This document shows positions 46,929 to 59,800 of a stretch of DNA of 64,000 nt, piece after piece; position 1 is the first letter of the stretch, and every line of letters starts with the position of its first letter. Position numbers and translations under genes: made by a program. The stretch lies in the NCBI GenBank assembly GCA_973895155.1, contig OZ316899.1:3907141-3971140 (forward strand). Reading direction: 5' to 3'. The notes under the pieces were generated by a model. That model was not told the DNA's origin, made no database searches, and saw only the letters and a list, made by a program, of their open reading frames with translations. The DNA comes from Marsupella aquatica (taxonomy: Eukaryota; Plantae; Marchantiophyta).

Positions 46929-49900
46929 TGTGATGAATCTTATTCATGTGTCCAATATATATACATGAGGTAGTTGAGTTAGATCTTGGTTAGATCTTAA
47001 CTCGGGTTAAGATATCTAATCCTAGTTAGGGTATAACACTCCCCCTTGGGTGTTATAGTTTTTGATGAAATTATAACAACCAATCTAAGTTGCTATCAGT
47101 TAGATATCTTCTACCTATGTTATATTGTGAGATGATGGAGGTGCAACCTCATTAAAACCTTCCCTACTAACATCATGGAAGGAAAGAGTATTGCCACCTT
47201 CCATCTCTTTTGTATGATCTATTTTGTATGTATGTAAGATCTAGAGTACAATACTGGTTTAATTGTGTTTTCTATGTTGTTAAGCTCCATAGAGGTTGTT
47301 GTCTCCATTGTCTTCATTGTAGTGTATGTGAGTTATTGATGTTCTTGAGAATGTCTTGATCTCCTTTGTGGTAGTATTGATGGTTTGCTTCTTCATAGTA
47401 AGTAGTCATTCATCTTCAATAGTGTTGTTGTAGAAAAATCCATTCTCCCCCTCAATGTTAGAATCCTGCATCAGTTTCTTAAGACTTCGCATCCCTAAGA
47501 GGTGAGTTAGTGTTCTATGAGTAGATGGGGGTAGAGATTTTGTTAGGATGTCAGCCAGGTTCTTGTCTCCTGAAATCCATTGTATGTCGATGTCTTTTCC
47601 TTGTTGTTCATGTGAGAAAAAGAACTTGGGTGCAATATGTTTTGTGCGTTCACCTTTTATAAATCCTGATTTGATTTGAGTGATGCATGACATATTGTCT
47701 TCAAATATAGTTGTAGGCATGGTTAAGCGTTGTTTACCTGTTTGAATAAGAATATGGTCTAGTACTTGCCGTAGCCATAAACATTCTCTAGTAGCCTCAT
47801 AAAGGGCAATAATTTCTGAATGATTTGAAGAAGTTGTTGCAAGTGTTTGCTTAGTACTTCTCCAAGATATTGGTGTTGATCCCATTAAGAATATATATCC
47901 TGTTTGAGATCTACCGTCATGTGGATCAGAAAGGTATCCGGCGTCAACATATCCTGTCAACTTATGGTTATCCTCATTAGGAAAATATAGGCCGAGGTCG
48001 GATGTACCATTAAGGTATCTGAAAATCCGTTTTACCCCGTTCCAATGTCTTATAGTGGGCTGAGAACTATGTCTCGCCAGTAGGTTGACAGAAAATGCTA
48101 TGTCTGGTCTTGTTTGATTAGATAAAAACATAAGAGCACCGATAGCCGAAAGGTATGGCATATCTGAACCTAATATAGGTTCGAATTCTTCTCTTTTTCT
48201 AAACATATCCTTATCCTTATCAAGGGTACGGATGTCCATGGGGGATTTAACAGGCTTCAACATATTCATTCTGAATTGTTGTAATATTTTCTTTGTGTAA
48301 GTAGTTTGGTGTAAAAGAATGCCTTTTTCCAAATGTTCAAATTGTAGTCCAATGCAATAAGAAGTTCTGCCCATGTCTCTCATTTCAAATACGCTTTTTA
48401 GCGTTTGCATTGACTCATTCATCATCTTTTTCGTACCAAGGAGGTTGAGGTCATCAACATATATAGCGATGATTATGAATTCAGGTCCTTCATGCTTTAT
48501 AAATAAGCAAGGAGCTATTTCGGAATTCTTATATCCCATGGATATCATTTGATTTTTAAATCTTTGGTACCATGTACGTCCACTCTGTTTGAGTCCATAA
48601 ATGGAACTAAGGACTTGAACTGCATACCGAGTCTTTGCTCCGGTTGCCTTATGGTCCTTTCTAGGTTCTTGTAATGCAATTGCTTTAGAAGCATTGTGGA
48701 GTACCAATTTGTTCATATAGTCAAATGATTTTGCACTTTTATCATTGTGCATATGTGGATTATGTTTTGAATTTGCATGGAAGTTTACTCTCTCAATGAG
48801 TTCAGGCGGGGCTTCCATATAAATCACGTTGTCCAGTTTACCATAAAGGTAAGCAGTAACAACGTCCATTTGGTGCATTAACAGGTTGTTGTTTATGGCA
48901 AATGCTATCAAATAGCGGTATGTGGTGACGTCCATGACCGGTGAGTATGTCAGGTCATAGTCAGTTCCATAAACTTGTGTGTAGCCTTTAGCAACCAGCC
49001 TAGCTTTATATCTTACTATTTCTCCATGTGAGTTTCGCTTTTTAACAAATGTCATCCTATATCCCGTGAGGTGTTGGTCTGGGGAAGCTACTGTTATAGG
49101 TCCAAAGACTTTTCTAGATATCAAGGAGTCTAATTCGGAGTTCATGGCCTTTTGCCATTTGCTCCAATCTATTTGTTTTTGTGCTTCGGTCACTGATTTG
49201 GGATCTGGTAGGTTGTTAATATCATTTGCAACATGAAGAGCAAATATGGGATCAGGGTTGATCATCATTCTATCTAATATGTGACCAGTGGAGTTATAGT
49301 TAATGGCTATCTCTGGTTGGGGTGGTGGCCTAGTATGGTTGGTTGGTGTAGGTGGTCTACGTTTGTTTCTAGGTTGTTTGTCAACTGCCCCTAGTGGTCT
49401 ACCTCTTTTGAGTTGTGGGTGTGTGTCAGAGGATAGTCTCTGATCTTGTATGCGGGATGGTGTATTAGCCGCTGGTATATGGGGTTTAGTTACGTTGGTA
49501 GCATCAGTAAATGAGTCGGGTAAGGACTCCATGATCTTGGTTAATTGAAGTATCCTATTGACTTCTAGTTCAGTTTGGTTAGTTCGAGGATCTGGGCAAA
49601 GTGCCGGGGAAGCTTGCCATGTGAGTGTTTTGGTGTATGACTTATGTTTTCCCTCTTGCGTGTTAATGGTTGGGAAAATGTGTTCATAGAAATGGCAATC
49701 GCTAAAACGGGCTTTGAATATGTCAGTGGTTGTAGGTTCCATGTATCGTATGATAGATGTTGAGTCAAATCCTACATAGATGCCTTTCCTCCGTTGTGGT
49801 CCCATTTTGGTTCTATTAGGACCTAGTATGGGGACGAGGACTTGGCATCCAAATATTCTTAGGTGTGAGATGTTTGGTGGTTGCCCGAAAGCTAGGTGAT

Positions 49901-50657
49901 AAGGTGTGTTGCTGTTAAAGGCTGATGGTCTATAAAGGAGTAGGGTTGCAGCATGTAATACTGCATGGCCCCATGCTGATGTTGGGAGTGATGATTGCAT
50001 TAATAGTGGTCTAGCAATCAGCTGTATGCGTTTAATAAGTGACTCCGCTAGTCCATTCTGGAAGTGGACATGAGGTACATTATGTTGGGAGTCAATGCCA
50101 TTTATTGTGCAAAATTCATCAAAGGTTCTAGAAGTGAATTCACCAGCTCCATCGGTTCTAAGGGTTCTAATTGGATTTTCTGGGAATTGTGACCTTAGTC
50201 TTAGGATGTGTGTAAGGATTCTTGGGAAGACTAGGTTTCGGGTTGATAATAAGGATACTCTGGACCACTTAGAACTGGCGTCTATCACTACAAAGAAGTA
50301 TCGAAATGGTCCACTTGGTGGGTCTATTGGTCCATATACGTCCGCATGGAGTCTCTCAAGGAATGCGGGGATATGGTTTTCGGTTTTTGGGATGGAGGGG
50401 GCTGTAATCATCTTGCCCTGGGAGCAGGCGATGCATGGTTTTTGGAATGACCTTGGGTGACAGGTCTTTGGTATTCCTGTTGAGTTGTTGACTATCCTAT
50501 GGAACATGCTGGTTCCTGGGTGTCCCAATCTCATGTGCCATGTCTCGGTGATATCTTTGGTTTCTACCCCTAGGTTGTAACTTTGGTTTTGGGTGATGTA
50601 GAACCCTGAAGGGTGGGGAGAGATGGTTTCTCTAATGATTATCCCTCCTTCTGAGTG
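46929..50657 (-). mobile_element. 5'-truncated Ty1/copia (Bianca) with 3' LTR
   Basis: The LTR starts TGTTATACCCTA at 47038 on the minus strand, after PPT CAAGGGGGAG; its outer end (about 46929) is tentative. Gag/protease and the 5' LTR are missing. Confidence 0.88.
47406..50657 (-). CDS. Copia integrase-RT-RNase H, uninterrupted partial ORF
   Basis: WHMRLGH..CIAC, HADVYGP, DGAGE, YVDDL, YVDAGY and SSNHSE motifs. The ORF-track start codon lies inside the adjacent gypsy LTR. Confidence 0.95.
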   Translation of the reverse strand, partial: HSEGGIIIRETISPHPSGFYITQNQSYNLGVETKDITETWHMRLGHPGTSMFHRIVNNSTGIPKTCHPRSFQKPCIACSQGKMITAPSIPKTENHIPAFLERLHADVYGPIDPPSGPFRYFFVVIDASSKWSRVSLLSTRNLVFPRILTHILRLRSQFPENPIRTLRTDGAGEFTSRTFDEFCTINGIDSQHNVPHVHFQNGLAESLIKRIQLIARPLLMQSSLPTSAWGHAVLHAATLLLYRPSAFNSNTPYHLAFGQPPNISHLRIFGCQVLVPILGPNRTKMGPQRRKGIYVGFDSTSIIRYMEPTTTDIFKARFSDCHFYEHIFPTINTQEGKHKSYTKTLTWQASPALCPDPRTNQTELEVNRILQLTKIMESLPDSFTDATNVTKPHIPAANTPSRIQDQRLSSDTHPQLKRGRPLGAVDKQPRNKRRPPTPTNHTRPPPQPEIAINYNSTGHILDRMMINPDPIFALHVANDINNLPDPKSVTEAQKQIDWSKWQKAMNSELDSLISRKVFGPITVASPDQHLTGYRMTFVKKRNSHGEIVRYKARLVAKGYTQVYGTDYDLTYSPVMDVTTYRYLIAFAINNNLLMHQMDVVTAYLYGKLDNVIYMEAPPELIERVNFHANSKHNPHMHNDKSAKSFDYMNKLVLHNASKAIALQEPRKDHKATGAKTRYAVQVLSSIYGLKQSGRTWYQRFKNQMISMGYKNSEIAPCLFIKHEGPEFIIIAIYVDDLNLLGTKKMMNESMQTLKSVFEMRDMGRTSYCIGLQFEHLEKGILLHQTTYTKKILQQFRMNMLKPVKSPMDIRTLDKDKDMFRKREEFEPILGSDMPYLSAIGALMFLSNQTRPDIAFSVNLLARHSSQPTIRHWNGVKRIFRYLNGTSDLGLYFPNEDNHKLTGYVDAGYLSDPHDGRSQTGYIFLMGSTPISWRSTKQTLATTSSNHSEIIALYEATRECLWLRQVLDHILIQTGKQRLTMPTTIFEDNMSCITQIKSGFIKGERTKHIAPKFFFSHEQQGKDIDIQWISGDKNLADILTKSLPPSTHRTLTHLLGMRSLKKLMQDSNIEGENGFFYNNTIEDE

Positions 50658-53600
50658 TGTCAAACACTTGCCAAGGAGCTTAAGCGGCTTTTCTCCCCAA
50701 AAGACTACCTAATACCTGCTCCATGTCATACCAGGGTCACAAAGGATTGACAAAACTTCTGAAGTGTGCTTACAATGTCCAATCACTCCATACATAAGTA
50801 GTTTCAACTCTCCACTTCTAGAGAGGTAGTCCCCTTGACTACTTTTGTACTCACCCCTTCCCCTCTCCTCTACTCCAAGGATCAGCAAGGGGGATCTCCG
50901 CTCCAAGCTGTCACCTTAGAGTAGATTCTCACACAAACACCCAAGAACCCAAAGTACTTTCCTCTTCAAGCTTAAGTCTCCTCAAGACCCTCAAAGTAGT
51001 GTTACCCCTCAACCTTGCCCCCCTGGCCTTGGTTTGGGTCCACACATCCCCTTTGAGCCCTAGAGAAGGCTCCTCTATCTAAGGACTCTTCCTCTTGTTC
51101 TTACTTCTTGTTAACACCACACACCAAGCAAAGTACTTTCCACCCTCAAGCTATAATCCTCTCTAAGTCTCAAAGTAATGCTATACCTTAACCTTGCCTC
51201 CTTGGCCTTGGTTTTGTACTAGCACATCCCCTTCAAGCTTAGACCAAGATTATACCATAGCATGGACTCTTCTCTTGCTCTCATATACTTCAAATGCACT
51301 CACACTTAATGGTCACAATGAAGATTGGTAAGTCTCCTTTTATTGCATCACCTTTACAACAAAAGTTCACTACACATTCTCCACACTAAGCATGGACCAC
51401 CTCTCCTTTCTCAAGCTTAGCCCTACCTTGGCAAGGTAGAGATTTCACTTAAGAGATGAGACTCCCGGTCCCTAACAAATGAAAACTTCCTCCTTATATA
51501 CTATCTCCTTCCACATCACACCAAGCTTGACCTGGGGTCCAACTATACCTCCCCCAAGTCCTCCTAACACACAAAGTCCAACTCTATAGTTCATAGCCCA
51601 CCCTACTACTTGCTATTTTGCCTCCTTCCAAGCCCTGGAATATGCCACACATGAGTGGTATGCTTTGACTTCCAAACCTACTCCCACTTATGGTCCTCCT
51701 CACCAGCTTACCAACCCACTTGAAAGCTCGCAAAAAGAGTGAGTGAGTCTCAAGTTGTGCCTAGTCAAAGTTGGCCTTATTTTACTTGTAACCCCTTTAC
51801 TACCCTAAGTAAACTACCCCCTATATTTACTTTTCTTAACTTGATGGCCTTACACCTTTGGCCAAAGGTAAGTACCCTTCTCTAGAGCCTAACTCAAGTG
51901 GTATGGGTGCAAGAAAGGTCAGCCCCTAAATCTGGTATTCATTCCCCTATGCCGACTTTGGTTTGCAAGTTGTCGGGACTCCCTCGTGGCCTCGGTTAAA
52001 AATATATTTGAGTGATTACTTTTCTGGGGTTCCACCTTCACCAGGGGGTGCCTTATCTTCCCCTAACTCAGCACAAAAAAATTTGGGCCCCAACGGATAC
52101 CTCTAGCCAAAGTTATGCCCATTCTCCCAAGGCCTGTTTTTGGTGTAAAGCGGGTGTAAGCGGCGGCCCGATTACACTTACCTTACATGCCCCTTATGGG
52201 GATTCCACGTGTCATGAGGGGAGAGCACTCTCATTATACTCATGTTTCTTATGAAGAAATTGTAAGGACAGCAATGTTTGCAGCCATTTCTCTCTCGTGA
52301 ATTCAATCTAAAACCACAGCATTCTCTATTGGATTCTTTCTTGTGCAGCAGTCCAGCTGATCAGCCGCCAGCCCCTCAATTTCACAGCCACCATAGCTCA
52401 CAGCCAGCCTAGTCAATTTCGCAGCTAGCCCACCTCTTCAATTTTGCCGCTAGCAACACAGTCAATTTCGCAGCTAGCAGCACAGTCACATCAGCGCATT
52501 TACAGCACAACAACAGCAGATTTGAAGCACAGCAGCAGCAACCATAGCTTGATTCCTTCTCAGTCAAGCAGGTCTCTCTTCTCAATTTCGTAGCTGCCCA
52601 CCTTTGCAATTTCGCAGCTAGCAGCAGCATCATTCAATTCAGCAGCATCAAGGCAGCAGCCAGCCAATTCTCATGAGCATCTCGTGCCTGATTAGTAGGA
52701 GCACCTCTAATCTAGTGTGCAGCTGTCATAGCAGCAAGCAGCCTTCCCAATTCAAAGCCAGCAGCGATCCTAATTTGCAGCCATAGCTCTTTTCCTTCTC
52801 AGCAGCCATAGCTTCTTCAATCAGCAACAGCCCTTGCTTCTTCAATCAGCAGCAGCCATTTCAATTCAGCCGCCCTTCCTTCAATTCAGCCGCCCTTGTG
52901 CTCAATTGATTCCTCAAGTAATCATGCAGCACCTTTGGACAGCCTCCCGGTGCTTGACGTCCTCACCAGCCTCGTGCTTGCTCCTCCTTGCCTCGTGCTC
53001 GCCGCGTGATCGCCGCCCACGCGGTTTACACTTAGAAAAAAATACATTTTTTTTTTGGAAAAACAGCATTTTGGGGCGATTTTGGACCCCCCTCCAAAAC
53101 TCACACATAAGTCCAAAAGGACTTCTGAGTAGCTCCACTGATTCTATGGACATAGGACTATGTCCGGGTTTACTAAGATATAAACAAAACCCTATAACAA
53201 CTTTTCTAAAATTAGGCAAAGAGGGTCAAGTCTTTATGTCTTCCAAAATTCTTCTCAACTTTGAGATGCTCCCAAAAAGTAACCAAGTGTGACAAAGTTG
53301 TCCCACAAGTTTCTAGGGATAGAGGGGACCATACTTAACCCACTTCCAAACTTGGAACCCCTACATTTACCCATCAGCTATTTTTCCCGGGACCCGCTAT
53401 TTGGTAACTTTGATTTTTGCCAAAATACTTATAACTCCTAGGTTAAGACCCCACTTGACTTCATACTTTTTCAGGGTTCCCTAGGGACCTCCCAGCACCC
53501 ATGGGAGAAATATCAGCCAAAAATAAGATGTCCGGTGTCGGGTCATTTTTCGGTCCCGACTTAGTCGCCTATTATAACTAAGGACGGAACTAGTTTCCTG

Positions 53601-53802
53601 CCCCTCCTATAGTAACTTGCTTACCCCTAGATAACTTTGCATAACTAAAATTCCCTCTTACCTCTACTAAGCTTCCCTTCTTACTTAAGTGCCCTAAACC
53701 TAGCTACTCTGATAGCACTAAAACTTTTTCCCTAACTATTTCCTCTTCTAAACGAAAGAATGTCATGTTTCTCTACACTAGCTGACACTGAGCCATCCCA
53801 CA
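50658..53802 (-). repeat. 3' LTR (3145 bp)
   Basis: TGTCAAACAC...ATCCCACA; near-identical to 59966-63155; contains a diverged ~179-bp duplication and GCAGC-rich minisatellites. Confidence 0.96.
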
Positions 53803-53815
53803 TAGCCCCCTACTT
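53803..53815 (-). promoter_or_regulatory. Polypurine tract
   Basis: AAGTAGGGGGCTA on the minus strand, directly before the 3' LTR. Confidence 0.8.
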
Positions 53816-53842
53816 AAGTGTGCAGCGTCCCCGCAAACACAC

Positions 53843-56800
53843 TTATTCCTGATTAAAGTACCTTTTCAACCTATCATGATGCACTCTAGTAGGGAACACC
53901 TCTCCTTCAAGAGTAGCAAGCTGAATTGACCCATTAGCATAAACCTGGTGAACAACATAAGGACCCAACCACCGAGTATGCAACTTGCCTGGAAAATGAG
54001 CATACCTACTGTCATAGAGTAATACCAGTTGTCCAGCAAGTAAAGAAGTTGGCTTCTTCAACTTCTTGTCATGATGTTGCTTCACTTGAGCTTGCTTCTT
54101 CTTCACTTGCTTGCTTGCCTCTTCCCGGATTTCCTCCAACTCCTCCAGCTGGTAAGCTCTCTCCATTAAACTCTGGTCAGCCTCCATTCTCTCCTCCACA
54201 CTTACCCTCAAAGTAGGCACTTCAAACTCAACAGGTACAAGGGAGTGTTGTCCAAATACTAGGTAGAAAGGACTATGGCCGGTTGTGGTCTTGAAAGCAA
54301 GGTTGTAGGAGTACACAGCTGAGTATAATTTGTCATCCCAATCAGTCTTGTGTGCCGCCACGGTTTTGTTCAAGATCTTGCCAATGATGCCATTAGCTCT
54401 CTCCGTTAATCCATTGGCCTTGGGGTGATAGGGGGTGGTCTTCCTATGCTTAATCAAGTAATGGTTAGTGAGCTCCTCCACAACTTCATTCAAGAAGTGA
54501 GTCCCCCTATCACTAACCAGCTCTAGAGGTGGCCCAAATCTGGTAAAAATCTGTTGATACATGAACCTTGCTACTGTGAGAGCATTATCCTTGCTGGTTG
54601 GTCTTGCCTCTACCCACTTAGTAGCATAATCAGTTGCAAGAAGGATGTATCGATTCCTTCTAGACCTGGTCACAGGAGTGATGGGACCTATGAAATCTAT
54701 ACCCCACTTCTCAAAAGGTGCAAGAGGTAAGATGGTGGTAAGAGGGTGATGCCTTGAGTGAGCTGGCTTACCTGTCCTTTGGCAAGGGTCACATCCCCTC
54801 ACAAAAAGACTTACATCCTTATGAAGTGTTGGCCACCAATACCCTGCATCAAGAATTTTCCTTGCTGTTGTTGCACTTGCATAATGGCCACCAGCCTCCT
54901 CCTCATGCATAGCTCTCATCACAATGGAGATTTCCTTCTTCTCCAAACACCTCCTTAGTCTCCCATCAACTCCTTCCTTGTGAAGGACACCCTTCACCAA
55001 TAAGTAAGGTCTGATTTTTCTCAGGAAAACAGCAGCCTCCTCTTGGTTCAAATCTCTTGGTAGCCGGGTTGTGAGAAGAAATTGGATGATATCCAAATAC
55101 CATGTATCTCCTCCACTTCCCACATGAAAGAGGTCTTCATCTGGAAACTGATCATCCACCTCCTTCAAGTCCTCTTCTCCTTCAATCCTTGAGAAGAAGT
55201 CTGCATTCCCATGCTTCTTACCAGGCCTGACCCTCACCTCATAATCAAACTCTTGGAGCAACAAGATCCACCTTGCCACTCTACCAGTTACATCAGGTTT
55301 ATTCACCATATACTTGAGAGCATTGTGATCAGTATGAAAGACCACCTTATAGCCCAACAAGTAGTGCCTAAACTTCTTACAAGAGTAGATGATTCCTAGA
55401 GCTTCTCTATCGGTTGGTGAGTAATTCTTTTCAGCTGGTGCCAATAGTCTACTTGCAAAGTAGATAGGGTGATCCCTATTCTGGTCATCAAGTTGACTAA
55501 GCACCACACCAATACAAAAGCCAGACACATCCACATACACATGAAATTCTCTACTCCAATCTGGTGCTATCAAGATAGGGGCTTCAACCAACCTGTTCTT
55601 CAACTCCTGAAAACTTGCTAGCCTCTCAACTGAGGGTTCAACCTCAGCCCCCTTCTTAAGCATGCTGGTTAGGGGTAAAGCTACTTTAGCAAAGTCCTTA
55701 ATGAACCTTCTATAGTAGTTTAAACATCCCAAGAATCCCCTCAACTCTGTCACTGAAGTTGGAAACTTGACAGCCATCCAAACAGCAACCTTCTCTTGGT
55801 CCACTTCTATGCCCTTCTTGGATACCTTGTGGCCAAGTAGTATCCCTTCTTCCACACCAAAGAAGCACTTCCCTGGGTGAAGCTTCAAACCAACTTCCCT
55901 ACATCTTTGGAAGGTCATCCTCAAATGTTCAACATGGTCCTTCCCCCTTCCAAAAACAGCAAAGTCATCTATGAATACTTCCAAGAACTTTCTCAAGTAG
56001 TCATGAAAGATATTCATCATCAACCTTTGGAACATACCAGGGGCATTACAAAGACCAAAAGGCATCCTCCGAAAGGCATAAATCCCCCACTCAGTAGTAA
56101 AGGCTGTCTTCAACTGGTCCTCCTTCCTTATCCAAATCTGGTTGTAACCTGAGTACCCATCTAGGAAGCTATACACTTCCCAACCAGCTACTAAATCAAG
56201 TACCATATCAGTAAATGGAATGGGATAGTGGTCCTTCTTAGTGGCCTCATTGAGTTTCCTAAAGTCTTGGCAAACTCGGATCTTAGGCTTACCATCCAAG
56301 CCTGGTTTCTTTGGTACTATGACAATTGGAGAAACCCACTCACTATTCAACACAGGATAGATGAAACCTGCTTCCAGCAATTTGTCTATCTCTTCCTTCA
56401 CCATCAAGGAGTACTTGGGATTCATCCGATATTGCCTTTGTCTCACAGGTGAAGCTCCTAGCATCAAGTCGATTCTATGCTCACCAAGTTCAGGGTTTAC
56501 ACCAGTAAGATCCAAGTGACTCCAAGCAAACACATCCACATATTCACCTAGCAAATCTTGGATAGTTTTCTCTTCACCTGATCCCAGGGCATTTCCCAAG
56601 TTGAAGGTCTTGTCTTGCTGGACAGAGATGGTTCTGTACTGCTCAGCTCGAATCACCTCCATCTTGTTCCTCATTGTGGAGTCAAAAGTGCCCTCAAGTT
56701 GTGCCAACCTCATGCCTCCATAGACGGGTGCATTTTCAGCACTTAACTCCTCCTTCTCCTTGCTTGAATGCTGGTCTTCCTGAGTCTCATCCTCCTCTGA

Positions 56801-59800
56801 GTTTGCAGCCTTCAATTGGTCCTCTAGCTCCTTTATCTTGAGCTTTAACAAGGCTAAGTGCTTAGCCTTTAAACTCTGGTCATTACTCCTTGTCTTGATC
56901 TCAACTTGGGCAGCACCCTTGCTGGTCTGATCAACCTCCTGAGCCATTGTGATAGTGTCTTCTTGGTTGCTCTCCTTGGCTGAGGTCTCAGCCTGCTTCA
57001 CCTCCTCGAGACTGGTCACTTCACTGAGACTGGGCAGAGGTGAATGGCTGGTAAGAGCCTCCTGCTCTTGCTCCTCTCCAAACACTTCTTCTTCAGTCCA
57101 TTGGCTCACCATGTTCAACATGTATACCTCATCCTCATCAGATTCAGATTTGGTACTCAACTCATCGGAAAGTTCAGAATCATATTCATCCAACTCATCA
57201 GTAGTCTCTCCTTGATGCTTGTCATGACCCCATGAAACTGAAGTGGCTGGTTTGCCAAACCTAAACTCCTTCTTGCCCCAATCAGACACTACTTTGGCTC
57301 CATATAGCCAAGGCCTCCCAATCAAGATTGGGTAAGTAGATGGCCTTGCTGGTCTCATCACCAAGTAATTCAACAAGAACTCCTGCCCCCCAATGAGAGT
57401 AGGTACTTGAGTAAGTGTCCCCACCGGTAGCACTCTTGCTCCATTTGCTAGCCTCATTGTCCTTGCTGTTGGCTGAAGTTTCTTGAAACCTAGTTGTTGG
57501 GCAGTAGCCTCAATCATGATATTCACACCTGAGCCTCCATCAACTGGTACATACGAGAGTACACACCCATTTACTTGAACATCAATCTCAGGTGCTCCAA
57601 GGTCTTCACAAACCATCATCACATCAGCTGGGGTACCAACCTTTGGAAGCTTCCTTCTTCTCCTTCCTACCAACATCTCCTTCAGTTGCCTCCTATACAA
57701 AGGGTTGTCTTTGATCAGCTGCCCCACTGTAGCAGTAACCAAACAATCTTTCACATCCTTCTTGATGTCATAAGAGGGTACCTTGCTGGTCTCTTTCTTC
57801 TCTTCCACCTCAGCTTTTTCCTTCAAAGCTTTAGCAACCTTCAGGTCTTTGTTGATGGCCTCTTGATGCTCCTTAGCCTCCATCTCCTCTAGTTGCCTCT
57901 TGACTTCCTCATTCACCTTGGGATAGAAGAGCTTCGGATGGTCTCTCTTGTAGTCACTATCTTCAGCTGGTGGGACTTGAACTTCTGCTCCAACTTCAAC
58001 TTCGATTGGTGACTCCGTTGAGTGCTCCTTTCTCTCCTTCCTCTTCTTCCTCTCTTCCACTCTTTCCTTCTTTCTTGTGGACCTGGTAGACACCTTGTAA
58101 CACACAGCTTCCTCCTCAGGTGTCTCCATTCCTGGTAGATCTGGCTGGTTCTCCCCACCAGCAACTTGTGTCACTCCATCTTTGGCCTCCTCTTGCCACT
58201 CCATACTCAAGAAGTTCACTGTGGCTTCACCGGGAGCCTTGGCAACCGCTGGTGGTGGTGCTTCTATCCTTCCTATCATCATCTTGGCAGCAGATCCAAT
58301 AGGACAGTTGGCTGTGGTATGACCCTCCCTTTTGCACACAGCACAAAGAGGATAGGGAGCTCCTTGTCCCTGCCTCCTTGGTTCGGGGCAACTGTTGGAA
58401 TAGTGCCCTGGTTTTTGACAGTTCCAGCAGATCACCACGGTAGTTCTTGCCACTCCCCCAGGTCCTTGAGGTCCCATTTGATCCACCATCCTTGGTTGAA
58501 GACCAGGCATCAGTTGAGGTGCCATGGGTGGAGCTGGTCTTCCTTGCAAAGTTCTTGGGCCTCCTGAAATCTGGTACACCATCTCCGGGGCTTCTTCATA
58601 GAAGTAGTCCACCACTTCACTTGCTTGATAAACATCGTTGGACTCTTCATTGACATACTGAACTTGATTCCTCCAACCTTGACACTCTTGAGGTGTATGG
58701 CCAAAACTCTTGCACTTGACACACCATACATGGGCTCTATTCACCGGCACTTTTCTCCTATCAGGTTGCACACCAGCAAAGTGAACTGATAGGGCCTTGA
58801 GTTGGTTGGTGATCTCACTCATCTTGTTATCCATCACCTTCTTCTCCTTGGTTGCTGGTGTAGAACCTTCCACCAAGTTGAAGGTTGCAGATTTGTGGTG
58901 CTTACCACCTGGCTTCTTCTTGCTGGCTCTCCTCTTCTGGTCGCTTTTTCTCTTTGCCTTCTTCTTCTTCTTCTTCTTCTTCTTCTCGGAGTCCTCCTCA
59001 GAATCAGATTCTGAATCAGAACTGGAACTACTCTCCTCAGATTCCGACTCAGAAGTATCCTCAACTGAACTACTTGATTCACTTGAGCTAGAAGAAGAAT
59101 CACTATAAGCAAATCGCTTCTTCTTTCTCCTACTCTTGGAACTAGAGATCTCAGCACTCCTATAAGACTGAGCCGCCTCAATGGCCTCATCCAACGTATT
59201 AGGGTGAGATTGCCTTACTGAGACACCCATCTTCTTGGGTAGGCTTGCCACAAACCAAGCCAACAACATGGAGTCTACTGGTCTGGGGTCAAGCTTGGTA
59301 GCTAACCTTTGAAACCTTTGCAGAAACCTCCTTACTGACTCCTTGGATCCCATTCTGATCTCTCCCATCTTGATCAGAGCTTCCGATTCTTCTCCCACCT
59401 TCCTAAACTCCTGCAAGAATGCTAGCTTGAAGGCATCCCAATCATTCTTGATGGCATTTGATAGGCTATTGAACCAAGGTCTTGCTTCTCCTCTCAAGAC
59501 CCCCGCCAAAGTGGTCAACTTAATATCAAACTCTCCATTGGCTTGGGCTGTCCCAATGAAGTCCTCCAACCAAGCATCAGGATCCTCCTTGGGCTTGCCA
59601 TGGAATGTCTTGTACTGAAATCTTGCTCTTTGAGTCACCACCATGGCTGCTTCTTGATCTTCACTTGTGTTGGTAGTGGAAGAAGATGTATCACTCCACC
59701 CTACACCAGGTTCCGCTTCAGCTTGCAAATGAATGTCCACCCAATCTGGTTGCTCCAACTGGTCACCAAAGTTGAAACTAAGAGAGGCTTCTTTTAGTGC

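Noticed and set aside
50709-53292. ORFs inside the gypsy-A LTRs, duplicated at 60017-62645
   Set aside because: Short, derived from minisatellites, and changed by repeat-unit indels between the two LTRs.
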